DNA from: Amphiscolops sp. MND2022
Taxonomy: Eukaryota
Assembly (NCBI GenBank): GCA_964187785.1
Contig: OZ076409.1
Span: 44,828,001 to 44,892,000 of the forward strand
Direction: 5' to 3'
Length of the DNA stretch: 64,000 nt
Position numbers and translations under genes: made by a program. Of this stretch, positions 1 to 10,700 are shown piece after piece. Position 1 is the first letter of the stretch. Every line of letters starts with the position of its first letter. The notes under the pieces were generated by a model. The model was not told where the DNA came from and made no database searches. It worked only from the letters and a program-made list of their open reading frames with translations.

Positions 1-3000
1 ACATATGTGAAAATTACTCTTGGTCAGGACGTTTTCCATGCTATCCGTCCACAGGAGTATTTCGAATCCGACCGCCGAAATACCCCAGTTGCCGTCCGTT
101 TACTGTTGGGTTGTGTACTGAGTGGACCCCTTCCGTCGACCACGGGCCTTTTTTCGACAAGCTTTTAAGCTGCTACCCAAAACGGGCACGATTGTACACT
201 CTCCAACCGACTACGAACCTGGTACGACATAGAATCGTATGGCGCGTAGAAACAAGTGGATTCCCGTTCCGCAACCGTCACGAGAGCGACGAAGATACTT
301 GATGAAACAACATACCACGATGGGTCCGATACCTAGTTGGTAAGTTGTGGGCCGATGACGAAAGTCGTTTATCAAACGATTAATTTTCTGCTCTCGTTCA
401 ACTGAAATCGCTAAAGCGCCGTTGTCAAAAAAGGAAACTAATTTAAAAGACAGCTACGCGAAAACAATTAGCGATTATTTCTCAAAAAGGAATATTGTTT
501 GAGTGGACAAAACTGACAGTTTTAGAGTACACCAGCACCGTGAATAGTAATTACCGCACCATCCAGTCGTGCATCCTCACAAGCCTGACAAAGTCCGTAG
601 GGTTCTTAATGGAGCTGCAAAATTTCATGGTCAGTCCTTTAACAGTGCTCTTCTAGCAGGACCAGATTTGCTGCAGAGCCTAATCCACAATCTTTTCCGT
701 TTCCGTCAATATATTTTTGCGGAATCTGCGGACATCAAAGGAATGGTTCTCCAAATTGGAGTTATCCCACGTGACAGACCATCACTTCGATATTTGTGGC
801 GGGAGCATCCAGCAGCTGAAGTTGCTGTTTTAGAGTATGTTCGACATACGTTCGGCGTAAAAGGTTCGCCCACATGCGCTAACTACGCACTGAAAAGGAC
901 TGCCACAGTTAACCAAGCCAGTTTTCCAGATTCAGCACGAAGCGTTCATAACAATTTTTATATGGACGATAACCTCAAATCAAATTCAACAGCTGATGAA
1001 GCCTCTAACAAAGCAATAAATCTACTGACAATGCTTGCATTGGGTGGGTTCAAACTGACGAATTTGTGTCTAATGTACCCCGTTTCCCCATCGAAGTTGA
1101 TCCGAACAGAACAACAGAGAAAGCGATTCCAGCAGCAGAGAAATTCTCACACGTTCTTGGACTGAAATGGAATCACTCAACAGACACCTTAGTTAATAGC
1201 AGAGTAAAAAAACCAAACACCGACCGAATTGTCACTCAATGGGTTGTTCTAAGTTTGGTATCCGAGGTATAAGACGCAATTGGTCTCGTCGCGCGGTTCA
1301 CCATCAAAGCATGCCTGCCTTTGAAAGACACCTGGAGGATCAGTGGCCAGCAGTGGGACGACAACTTGCCAAACTATATTGTAGCAAAGTTCTTGGATTT
1401 AAGAGTTGTCAACTTTGAATGAAATTACCATACCAAGAAGTTACTTCTGCCAAACTGTTGAATTATTTGGGCTGCACGTGTTCGGTGATAGCTCACCAGA
1501 TGTTTTCAGCGCAGTCGCTTGCTTGCCAGGAAAACTAATTAACGACATCAATGTTGTGACGCACCTGGCTTTTGTTTTTGGAACAGCAAGAGTCGCTCCT
1601 ATGAAGGCACCAACTGTTCAAAGTTGGAACTAAAAGCCGCATTACTTGCAGCACGACTTCGCAACGAGGTCCTCCGTGCACTGTCTTTGACGATAAACAG
1701 AACTTTCATGTGGAGCGATAGTTCAACTGTGCTTCAGTGGTTAAATTCTTAGGAAAAGCAACCCACATTTGTTGCAAACCGAGTATGCGAGATTCTAGAG
1801 TTAACTACTGTTGATGAGTGGCACTACGTCCCTACGGCTCACAATCCGGATTATGCGGGCACCCGTGGAATGTCTGCAACCGCCCTTTTGAACAGCTGTT
1901 GGCTGACTGTTCCGGACTTTCTAAAACATCCGACTTCCCTTCAAACCTCCAGACGATTTTCTTCAACAGTAAACTTCAACAGAGGCGCTGATTCCACTGA
2001 AGTTATCGAAACCAAAGATTATCAGTGTACTACAATTTCTGCATCAGTAACCGAAATTGCAACAGCAACTTTCGACTGGCAGAAGTACAGTTCTTACAAA
2101 AAATTTCTGCGCATAGTGGTTTACATGTTGCGATTTTTTCCCAAGAACGAATCCAAGCGCACTGACACAAGATTTATCACGGATCCAGCTGAACTCGACG
2201 ATGCCCAACAGAGATTGTTCCATCTGGTACAACTCGAGTCTATCAATACTGAAAAGAAATGCTTGTTGAAGTCAACCCCCTTCAGCAAGTCTTCTAAAAT
2301 CGTTGAGTTTTCCTCTTTCATTGGACCTAAAGGTTTACTGCGAGCTTCTGGTCACACAAAACAGCTAGATGTTGCTCGTTTGACATGAAACACATAATTT
2401 TACTGGATAGCCGTCATCCAATAGTTCGGTTGGTCCTGGAAAACTATCATATCAATCAATGCCACCAGGGTGTTGAAAACTTGAGGGGTTGATCCAGCAA
2501 GAATACGCAATCGTCAAATTAAGTCCAACGATGAGATCAATTGTATCCATGTGCATACCTGCCGTAAGCGCAAGGCTGAGACGTTAGCTCCCAAGATGTC
2601 CGATCTTCCACGAGAAATACTCGCATACAGAGAACCTCCATTCAGCAACCCAGGCATCGACTACTTTGCTCCCTTTTACGTGTCCGTGAAACGTTCTACT
2701 GAGAAACGCTGGGGATTCCTCTTCACTTGCCTGACCTCTCGGGCCGTCCATTTGGAAGATGTGCCATCAATGGACACCAGTAGTTGTGTGATGGGAAATG
2801 AACGATTTGTTGCCCGACGAGGCACTCCATCAGTTCTGTGGTCAGACAACGGCACCAACTTTGTGGCGTGTGACAAAAAACTATTACAGAACGACAGAAA
2901 CTGGAATGAACAAGTCCTCGCTGAGTCGCTGGTCAAGAATCGCATCAAGTGGAAATTTAACCCACCCAGTGCTCCTCACCATGGAGGTGTTTGGAAATGA

Positions 3001-3670
3001 GTAGTACGTAGTTTCAAGCACGTGTTCTACGCTGTTCTCAGAAACAGACGTTTGACAGACGAAATTCTTGCAACCACGTTCTACCTCGAAGAACAAAGTT
3101 TTAATGCACAACAGTTAATACCTGCTAGTGCAGATGCGACTGATTTGGACGCTTTAACTCCGAATCATTGTCTACTTGGAAGTGCGGGTTCAGTACTGCC
3201 TTCGCATCAACAAGCAGACGTCGATGGAAGCGTTACGCTCGAGGGCAAGCTTTTTTCGACACAATTTAGAACAGGTGGTTAAGAGAATACGTTCCCTTTC
3301 TGAGCCGCCCTTCGAAGTGGTCAACGCACTCAAACAGAGATCTTAACACCGGGGATCTTGTGTGGATTGTTGAGCCGACCTCACCTAGAGGGCATTATCC
3401 ACTGGCTTGTGTTGTGAAGATTAACTTCGGTGCAGATGCCGTCGCCAGATCCGCCGAAGTCAGAACAGCGTCTAGTAACCTTATTTGCCCAGTAATCAAA
3501 CTCGCTCCCGTCCTTCCCCTTCCCGCATAAACAACATTCTGTTTCCTCGTTTTCCTTAATTATGCTTCATGTATTAACATACATGAAAATAATTCTTGTG
3601 AAACCATGTACAAAAAAAAATTTTTTTGTCCTGACTAAGAAACATTTCTCATCTTCTTGGGCCCGGAGGA

Positions 3671-3981
3671 GGTTGCTGCAGCAATTTTGAGATTAAAAGT
3701 AAAACAAAGTGATCCGTTCAGCGGCGCTATAGACTAGTGGTTGATTCGTTCGCATCCGAATATTACAAAAGGCGTTCGAATCCCGATATCCGCAAATTAT
3801 TTGGAAAAGATTTTCCGTATTTTTTGTACTTTTAACATTGGAAAACATCTAAAAGTCCTTGCTAATTAGATCCAAAAGTGAGCTACTTTCTCATGTTTTG
3901 TGTGATTAGGCATTTTTGGCGGTAGATAATTTTTCTTCTACTTAATTCATTCTTAGTTTTGATATCCAACATTCAACAACA
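3671..3981 (+). repeat. Putative 3' LTR of the Bel/Pao element
   Basis: Starts GGTTG (TGTTG expected) right after the PPT-like sequence and ends in CAACA (3971, 3978 or 3981). The partner LTR is not in the window. Confidence 0.6.
3721..3794 (+). other. tRNA-like (Pol III A-box/B-box) segment inside the Bel/Pao LTR; probably not a functional tRNA
   Basis: 74 nt with GCGG...CCGC-A ends, A-box-like TAGACTAGTGG and B-box GTTCGAATCCC. The acceptor and anticodon stems are poorly paired. Confidence 0.5.
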
Positions 3982-5279
3982 TTCAATATTTGTTTTGTAT
4001 ACGAATCTTAGTTACCGAGAACTAAGGATTCGGAATTAGACTCAATGTCATAATGAACTATTGACTCCCCAATTGTATTGGCTAATTCTCTCTCAATTGG
4101 GTTAATTTGTTTCATATCCTTACATTATGTCTAAGTTATCTAGATCAGACATCATGTCCATCTCTCTGGATTTTCTTGCTTTTGCTTTCTGTGTCCTTGT
4201 TGAAGGCATAAGAAAAAACTACAAGGGGAGAATTAATTTCTGTCTTGCAAATCGGAGTTGTATCAACTGGTTGTAAGGGGTATTTAATTTGGAATGGTCC
4301 CTGGGACTAGATTTCCGGCGTATTTATACTTAAATTTACATGATACTCATCAAAACGTGAATAATTGTGCTGTAATTAGAATGTCAAATCTAAAAAGAGT
4401 TACAAACAGCACATCGTGTCTTTACAGATACTTGGTGAAGTACTTTGTTCTTCTATTTTTAGCATCAAAAGCCTCAGCGGCACAATAGCATTGAGACTTC
4501 CAAACAACTGTAACATGCGTTTTAGCTAACTTACATGTAATCAAAAATACATTTTACAAATTCGAGTACTATCGACCCCAACGCCATCACCATAGTTTAA
4601 TATTTCAGCAACAAAAAACTGCATGCGATTTGAGGGAATTCCGGGACATGACCACCACGTCTTTTTCTCCAGAAGGGCCTGAAATTAGGGAAAAAAGCGG
4701 GAAAGGAGTTTGATTCGCCAATTAGTTTGACCTCCAAAACTTAGCCTTAGTTAGCCTTAGTGGCAGTGGGACGCTTAGGACGTCTAATTACACTGGAAAG
4801 CATCGTTTGAGAGTACATTCCGGTTATTAAACAATAGCACCACAACTATTAATTGAATAGCGCCGTTAAAAAAACATACCTGCCTCAGTGACTTGCCGTC
4901 CTATGAAGACGCTTACGAGTATTGCTAGGCCTTTCTGTCCTAATTAATATGAATAATGCACTACGAATGGAAGCACTAAATAGCGGCACCTGATTGGTCA
5001 GGAGTGAAGTGGACGGTTTGTCCAAGGCAACGGGCAAAAAATTAATTGAACACGTTTCCTTTGCCTGTACGCCTTGTCGTCCAATATTACTTCTAAATGC
5101 GTGAATAATTAAATTTACATCTGAACGTAATATTTAACATGATTGTTATTACATATTCTAGTTTTAACCTAAAAGTTTTTAGTTTGTAGACGGATGGCCA
5201 GTGCGTCTTCCTTATTCGAGGGGGATTGTCCGAGGGAGAGAGTTATAATAGTCATAGGCGATGGAATAAACACTTCCAA

Positions 5280-5310
5280 CGCAGGCGGGAGCCTGCGACA
5301 ATATCTTAGT
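5280..5310 (+). mobile_element. Helitron-like 3' terminus
   Basis: Hairpin CGCAGGC-GGGA-GCCTGCG followed 7 nt later by CTTAG|T, a near match to the hairpin plus CTAG|T end. The 5' end was not identified. Confidence 0.45.
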
Positions 5311-6340
5311 AAATGATCGCATATTTAAGATAAAAACTGTTTAAAACGGCCAAAATTTGAATTTATGTAGTCCCAAAATTGAGTAATTATGAAAAAATTA
5401 AAAGCAAAAAATTTTGTGCACAACTAGTTAAATTGATTCAGTCAACATATGACGGACTTCATTTGAAAACTATTAGAGCTTTTTTTGGAAAACAATCTTT
5501 AAATTTGTCAGAAAATAAAATCTTTTTTGCCCTTGTCGATCAAATTTTTCTCCTTTAAACTGAATCTCAAATATCGGTTCAACATAAATCTAGAGGTATT
5601 TAACTTCAATTGAGATTACTGTCAACGAAAAGGGTCAAAAATCAAAAACGATTTGCAATAGGAGACTCTTGCAATTGTTGCCACTTTTGGCCCCTTATTT
5701 CTTGACAAATTGTTGCGAATTTCTGGCAATGAAAGAAACTTTCATTATTCTCGAGGAGACATTTCATTTTCCTTTTCGTCATACTCGTTGCCCAATTCTG
5801 ACACAGTCCTTTATCGCTTACAGTTGAGGATAATGCGCTGTCCGTTCGGTATGCGGCTTTAATCAGCGTTTTCCGGTTCTCCATCCGGACGGAAAATTTC
5901 TTCTTCGAGCACCTCTACAAACGTTAATATCTACGCTGAAAAAAATGACTTCCATACTTAAGTAGTTTCAGAAGTAAAAAACTACGCTTTTGGAACTTCA
6001 GTTTTGAAACTTTATTACAAAATAGCCCGACTCTTACAGTGGCTAATTGTTTTTTCGTCAGATGACAGAATTTATCTGAATGGTCATTTTTGTACAGTTT
6101 GTTTGCGTAAGTTCTATGTGGTGCCCAAACAGGCCATACGCTCCCTGCTTTAATTAGTGCACATTTTTACCCAAAATATGAAAACTGTATACAACTAAAC
6201 TTAGTGTTTTTGGCGTATTTTTTCGTCCGCTTTTTGTTTTTTTTTGGATCTCTAATTAGGAAAAGTCTTTTTAGTGTCAATTTGAAAAAAATCATGATCA
6301 TGCCAAGACCGTACCATGGCGACAATGTATGATCATACTA

Positions 6341-6883
6341 CACTATGGCATCAAAAAGCTACGTACACCAACATTTTTTTAAAAAAAACTCAGAACAGTA
6401 AAATTTGAACAATTTTCTAGAAACAATTCCGTACTTCTTCAGGATTCTTCGAATAGTGCATTTAGAAACTGTCTTTGACGTTGAAAAAGAGTTTTGCAGT
6501 ACTCTTACTCGTTCTAATGTTGTTTTTGGGTCTTTTTCCACTCTTCGAACTATTAGTCTTTGCTCTTTTTCGCTGAGCTTTTCTGGCCGGCCTGGAGGTT
6601 TTTTCGCCACATAAGAGTTCGTTCTCAAAAAACGCTGATAAGCTGTTTCAGCTGTCGATCGAGATTTAAGACCCAACTTTTCTTTAATTTCTTTGTATGA
6701 TAAACCCATTTCGCGAAGTGTAACGATTTTGCAAACAACGTATGAATCCAAAGGTTTGACCATTTTCAACAATGTTTAATTCAAGAGTGATTGATTTCAC
6801 TTCCGGTTGAGAATGAAAAAAGTTCTTCACAAACTGAATAAGATTTAATTTTCAGCTGTACGTCGCTTTTTGCTACCATAGTG
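6341..6883 (-). mobile_element. Internally deleted Tc1/mariner element (543 bp) with 27-bp TIRs and TA target-site duplication
   Basis: TA|CACTATGGCATCAAAAAGCTACGTACA at 6341-6367 and TGTACGTCGCTTTTTGCTACCATAGTG|TA at 6857-6883. The interior encodes a Tc1 helix-turn-helix region. Confidence 0.9.
6359..6772 (-). CDS. Tc1-like transposase N-terminal DNA-binding domain only (no DDE domain)
   Basis: Open frame GLSYKEIKEKLG...PGRPEKLS...VSKCTIRRILKKYG, a bipartite paired-like HTH with the GRP linker. The frame runs into the opposite TIR. Confidence 0.75.
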   Translation of the reverse strand: MLKMVKPLDSYVVCKIVTLREMGLSYKEIKEKLGLKSRSTAETAYQRFLRTNSYVAKKPPGRPEKLSEKEQRLIVRRVEKDPKTTLERVRVLQNSFSTSKTVSKCTIRRILKKYGIVSRKLFKFYCSEFFLKKCWCT

Positions 6884-7704
6884 TATGATCGATCATGTTC
6901 CATAGTATGAACATATTATGATCATAGTATGAGGAACGATGTATTCTAGATTGAAAATCGAGATGTCGGACGTGGCAACCTCCTGTAAACAATGATTCAC
7001 TTTTTGATGTATTTCGATTTCAAATTTCAAATTTTTCCGTTAAGGTGACTTCGAATTTTTGAAAATTTTCGAACGTGGTCACTCATACTATGACCATAAT
7101 CGTTGCCATGCTAGTCATAATATGACCATACTATGACCATATTATGATGATCATTTTCCACCATGATCATACTATGACAGTATGATTCACCATTTCTGAG
7201 TATGGGGGTTATACTTTTTAGCTCATCATCGGAGGATGTTTTTTTTTAAATTCTCGAAAGATATCCATTTATCTGCGGAGCCTTTGGAGCGATGTATCAA
7301 CAAATACTTTCTTTCTTCACGTAAACCAAATTCTTCAATAAGTATACCTGAAATTCCGAGTCAATTATTTATTTGATTCAGATGAATCAACCCCATAATC
7401 AGAACGTGTGGTATGTTTCTCAAATTACCTTAAATAATTTTCATCTACTGATAAGAAAAGATATTCAAATTGTGTACACATTAGTGAGCCCCGTTCAAAA
7501 TATACTTTGAGAGGGTGTGTATTGTTTGGAATTAGTATTACCATGTGTAAGTATTTCATTATCTTCTCCTATTCTGCTGTGAATAAAAGATTCTTAGCTT
7601 AGGTGGATACTTTGGCCAATCTCATAAAGATTTCAATCGACCCGCTTCTCAAACTATCTTCAAAATCTTCATATTTCTCATCCGTTTGGCGTTAAAGATT
7701 CAAA

Positions 7705-10700
7705 ATGGGTGATGAAGTTAGTAAAAACTTATTAACATACCGATATTTAGCCCGGATCCAACTTCATATGAAAACGTCACGCTGTTTCCATTCATGGAAC
7801 TGTATGGAAACATAACGGTTGTATGTATGGAAACGTATGACAGGCATAGAACTCATAGTTGCATGCATGTGATTGCACGGAAATTTCATGAATTAGGATG
7901 CGATAAACGCTGTAAGACTTCCAACTCGAAGGAAAGTATAGTTCCTGATTCTGAAAATTTCCCAGCATTGTTTTTTCAAAACTGTTCAATTCATGCTGCT
8001 TTTCAAGTCACCGTTTTTATTCAGGCACTAAGTCGGAAATAGACCATCAAAGACTAATTTTGTTTCCCATTGCACACAACACTTTATCTTTATCCCGTCA
8101 TATTCACACATAGATCGTAAATACTCTCTGTGCTTTTTGATTGTCCGGAATGTCTTGCACAATTCATTGAGAGATGAACAAAGTATCCAGAGAAAGTTGT
8201 GTACACTAAAAAGCATGAAACAACTAATATTTAGAAAACCAAGAAAATCATTTCACTTATATCTTAATTGAGTTTCAACTGAAAATGATTGTATAGGTTT
8301 CATAAATATTCCGCATCAAAATTAATACTGATTCTTAGGTTCAGTCTTTTTCTCATCCTCTCTCGAACAGAGCCAAAAATCTATTAATTCTTAACCATCA
8401 TGCTGTTTTATTATTTGTTCCATACTTAAGGACCATGTTTCAGGTACTACGGTATATGAGCGGTTTTGGGAACAATTTCGAATCAGAGCATCCCCAATAT
8501 CCAGGTTCGCTCCCATTGGCCCAAGTAAGTAGCTTTTGTCTATTTCGTCTATTGGAAAGAAAAATCTCCAAAAAATCATTGCACTTTTAAAGTATCTGCC
8601 TCTTCGAAAACTAAAATCACTGAGTGTGAAGGTTGACATACACGGTTTTTCAAACAAGCCGGGAACAGCATAAATCGGCGCCATATCTAAAGCTCAAAAA
8701 TAACAAAATGACATAAAAGTCTCAAAAAACTCAAAGTATCAAACTCACAAAAAGAGTATCAAACTCACGAAAAATCCAAACGATCGAACTGGCGCGCAAA
8801 TGCTCGCTAGCGCGGGCCCCTGGCGCGCTAAAAGGGGGACCCTTTCGCATTTTCAACATCCATTGTTGCAAAACATCGAAAATTGAAGGGGGACCTTTTG
8901 GTGAGAAAAAATTCCGAAAAAAAGTCTCACAATGCCGAAAAAACTGAAAGGGGAGAGAGACTCTTTCGCATTTTTCAACATCCATTGTTGCAAAACATCA
9001 AAAATTGAAGGGGGACCTTTTGGTGAAAAAATTTCCCGAAAAAAAGTCTCACAATGCTGAAAAACTGAAAAGGGGACCCTCTGAGATTTTTCAACATCCA
9101 TTCTGTCGCAAAACATCAAAAAATTGAAGGGGGACCCTTTGGGGAAAAAATTTTCGAAGAAAAGTCCCACAATGACGAAAGAAAACTAAAAGGGGACCCT
9201 TTAGTCTCTCCCGGTACGGTATGTTACGCGGAAAAACAGGAAAAACTTTTTTGGTTCAGTTCGCTTGGTCAAATGATTCAATTTAGAACCATAAAATTTT
9301 GTAGAACTTTTAAGAACTATTCTGGTCAGTTTGTGTGGATTGAAAAAAAAAGAAAAAAGTCACTATAATAGTCGCGTTTCACTTCATGAAGCGCCGGCTA
9401 AAAACCGTGTTTGACACTCTCAATGGTTTAATACTATTTGAAAATGCTTACTTTTGCTTACAGAGGACGATTGATTGAGATTATGATAGAATGAATGCCT
9501 CAGAAAAAAGTTTCGAAAGAGATGGAAAGATAATGTGAAAACTCAAAATTTGAAATTAGGAGTAGAGTGCCGAAACTATTGATTTTAGGTCTACTTCTGT
9601 TGTCAGTTTATGCCAATGACATGTCTAAATGTATGGAGAAGATTAACAAAATCGCTAATTTTGCTGATGATACAACTGATGTGAAACCTCATCTTTGCTG
9701 TAAAGAACTGATGTTAAAGGATCCGTCGTGAACCTTCACGCAGATTAGGAACTAGATGAAACCACAAGGCTCCATTGGTCTTTCAGCACTGAGCTACGTT
9801 TCTCAAAATGCTCTGATTTCGTCTAGCGTTCTTCTTAGTTCTTGTTTATTGGAAACTTTTGTACAGAACAAAACCTAAATGCCTAGACAAGTTTGAAGGA
9901 TCTTCCTTCAGAGTTTCCATAGCAATGTGAAATTTTTCAAAACTCTTCAAAACGGCCAAATTTATTCAAACATTTCCGGCTTGTTGTGAAAGTGATGTTA
10001 CTAGAATCATGAGTGAAGCTCCCATCCCAATTCACTGAAAGAATAAAAAAAATAAAACACTGAGTGAAAAAATATTTAATCCCGGGTTGACACATCAGAG
10101 GTAGATCAGCGACTTAAAAGACTGTCAGAGCTGCGCCCGAAAATAACAGAGATTCCGTAGTCGGGTAGTCGGGGTACATGCACATGAATGGCCCCATACA
10201 TCAAAATCTTTTAAAAAAAAGATATCTGGTATTCCAAATTGTTCATTTCATTCTTCGTATTTGGTATCCAAAAAAATTTCGCCACTGAATTCAACACTCA
10301 TTTCTCCAACGATGTGAAAAATACATTGGAACGATGGAAAATGACAATTTCCAGCCAAATCTTTTTTACTTGCGAAAATGACCGAAACAATACTCGAACG
10401 TATTCCGGGTTACCAGCACGTACAAAAACCACTCAATCTAAACATGTTCCCAAATCATTACAGCAATAGCACTTTGTCAGCAGAAGGTCGTTAGATGCCA
10501 AAGTTCATCCGCTAAAACAAAATCGAAGTCCGAGTGAAATAGAAAGAAGACCGTGCAAAACAAGTATTTAACATTTTCCAGTTGACAAAAACTACCGTCA
10601 TGGGGACGATCTGAGGACGATCTGAGGACGATCTCTTCTGCGCGCGCTGCGATGCGTTCGAGATGATCGGTTATAGCTTGGAGGAATTCAACATTTTTTT

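Larger units (their letters stand above)
1..3981 (+). mobile_element. Bel/Pao LTR retrotransposon, degenerate, 5' part outside the window (RT, RNase H, integrase, PPT, 3' LTR)
   Basis: Frameshifted fragments carry Bel/Pao motifs: LPHHPV..KPDKVRRVLNGAAK..GPDLL, RT FYMDD, RNase H LHVFGDSS..ARVAP and VANRV, integrase GIDYFAPF..SDNGTNF..PHHGGVW, and C-terminal RGHYPL. The ORF ends at about 3529 and is followed by a purine-rich CCCGGAGGA (3662-3670) and an LTR-like segment. Confidence 0.93.
6285..7205. repeat. CATAGTATG/CATACTATG palindromic short-unit repeat, host of the Tc1 insertion
   Basis: Many copies of catagtatg, catactatg and catgatcat at 6291-6340, 6884-6932 and 7084-7204. The empty site reconstructs as gatcatacTAtgatc. 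Confidence 0.6.

Noticed and set aside
3721..3794. Functional tRNA gene
   Set aside because: The acceptor and anticodon stems do not pair properly and no oligo-T terminator follows directly. Kept only as tRNA-like.
5642..5884. 80-aa ORF with LCQNWATSMTKR, faintly like a Tc1 transposase C-terminus
   Set aside because: It lies outside the TIR-bounded element, has no DDE residues, and the resemblance is too short.
7200..7500. Possible minus-strand LINE endonuclease remnant (PHVLIMG)
   Set aside because: A single weak motif amid stops is not enough to call.
10603..10635. Three copies of GGACGATCTGA, considered as a CRISPR-like or regulatory array
   Set aside because: A simple 11-bp slippage repeat with no spacers, in a eukaryotic intron.
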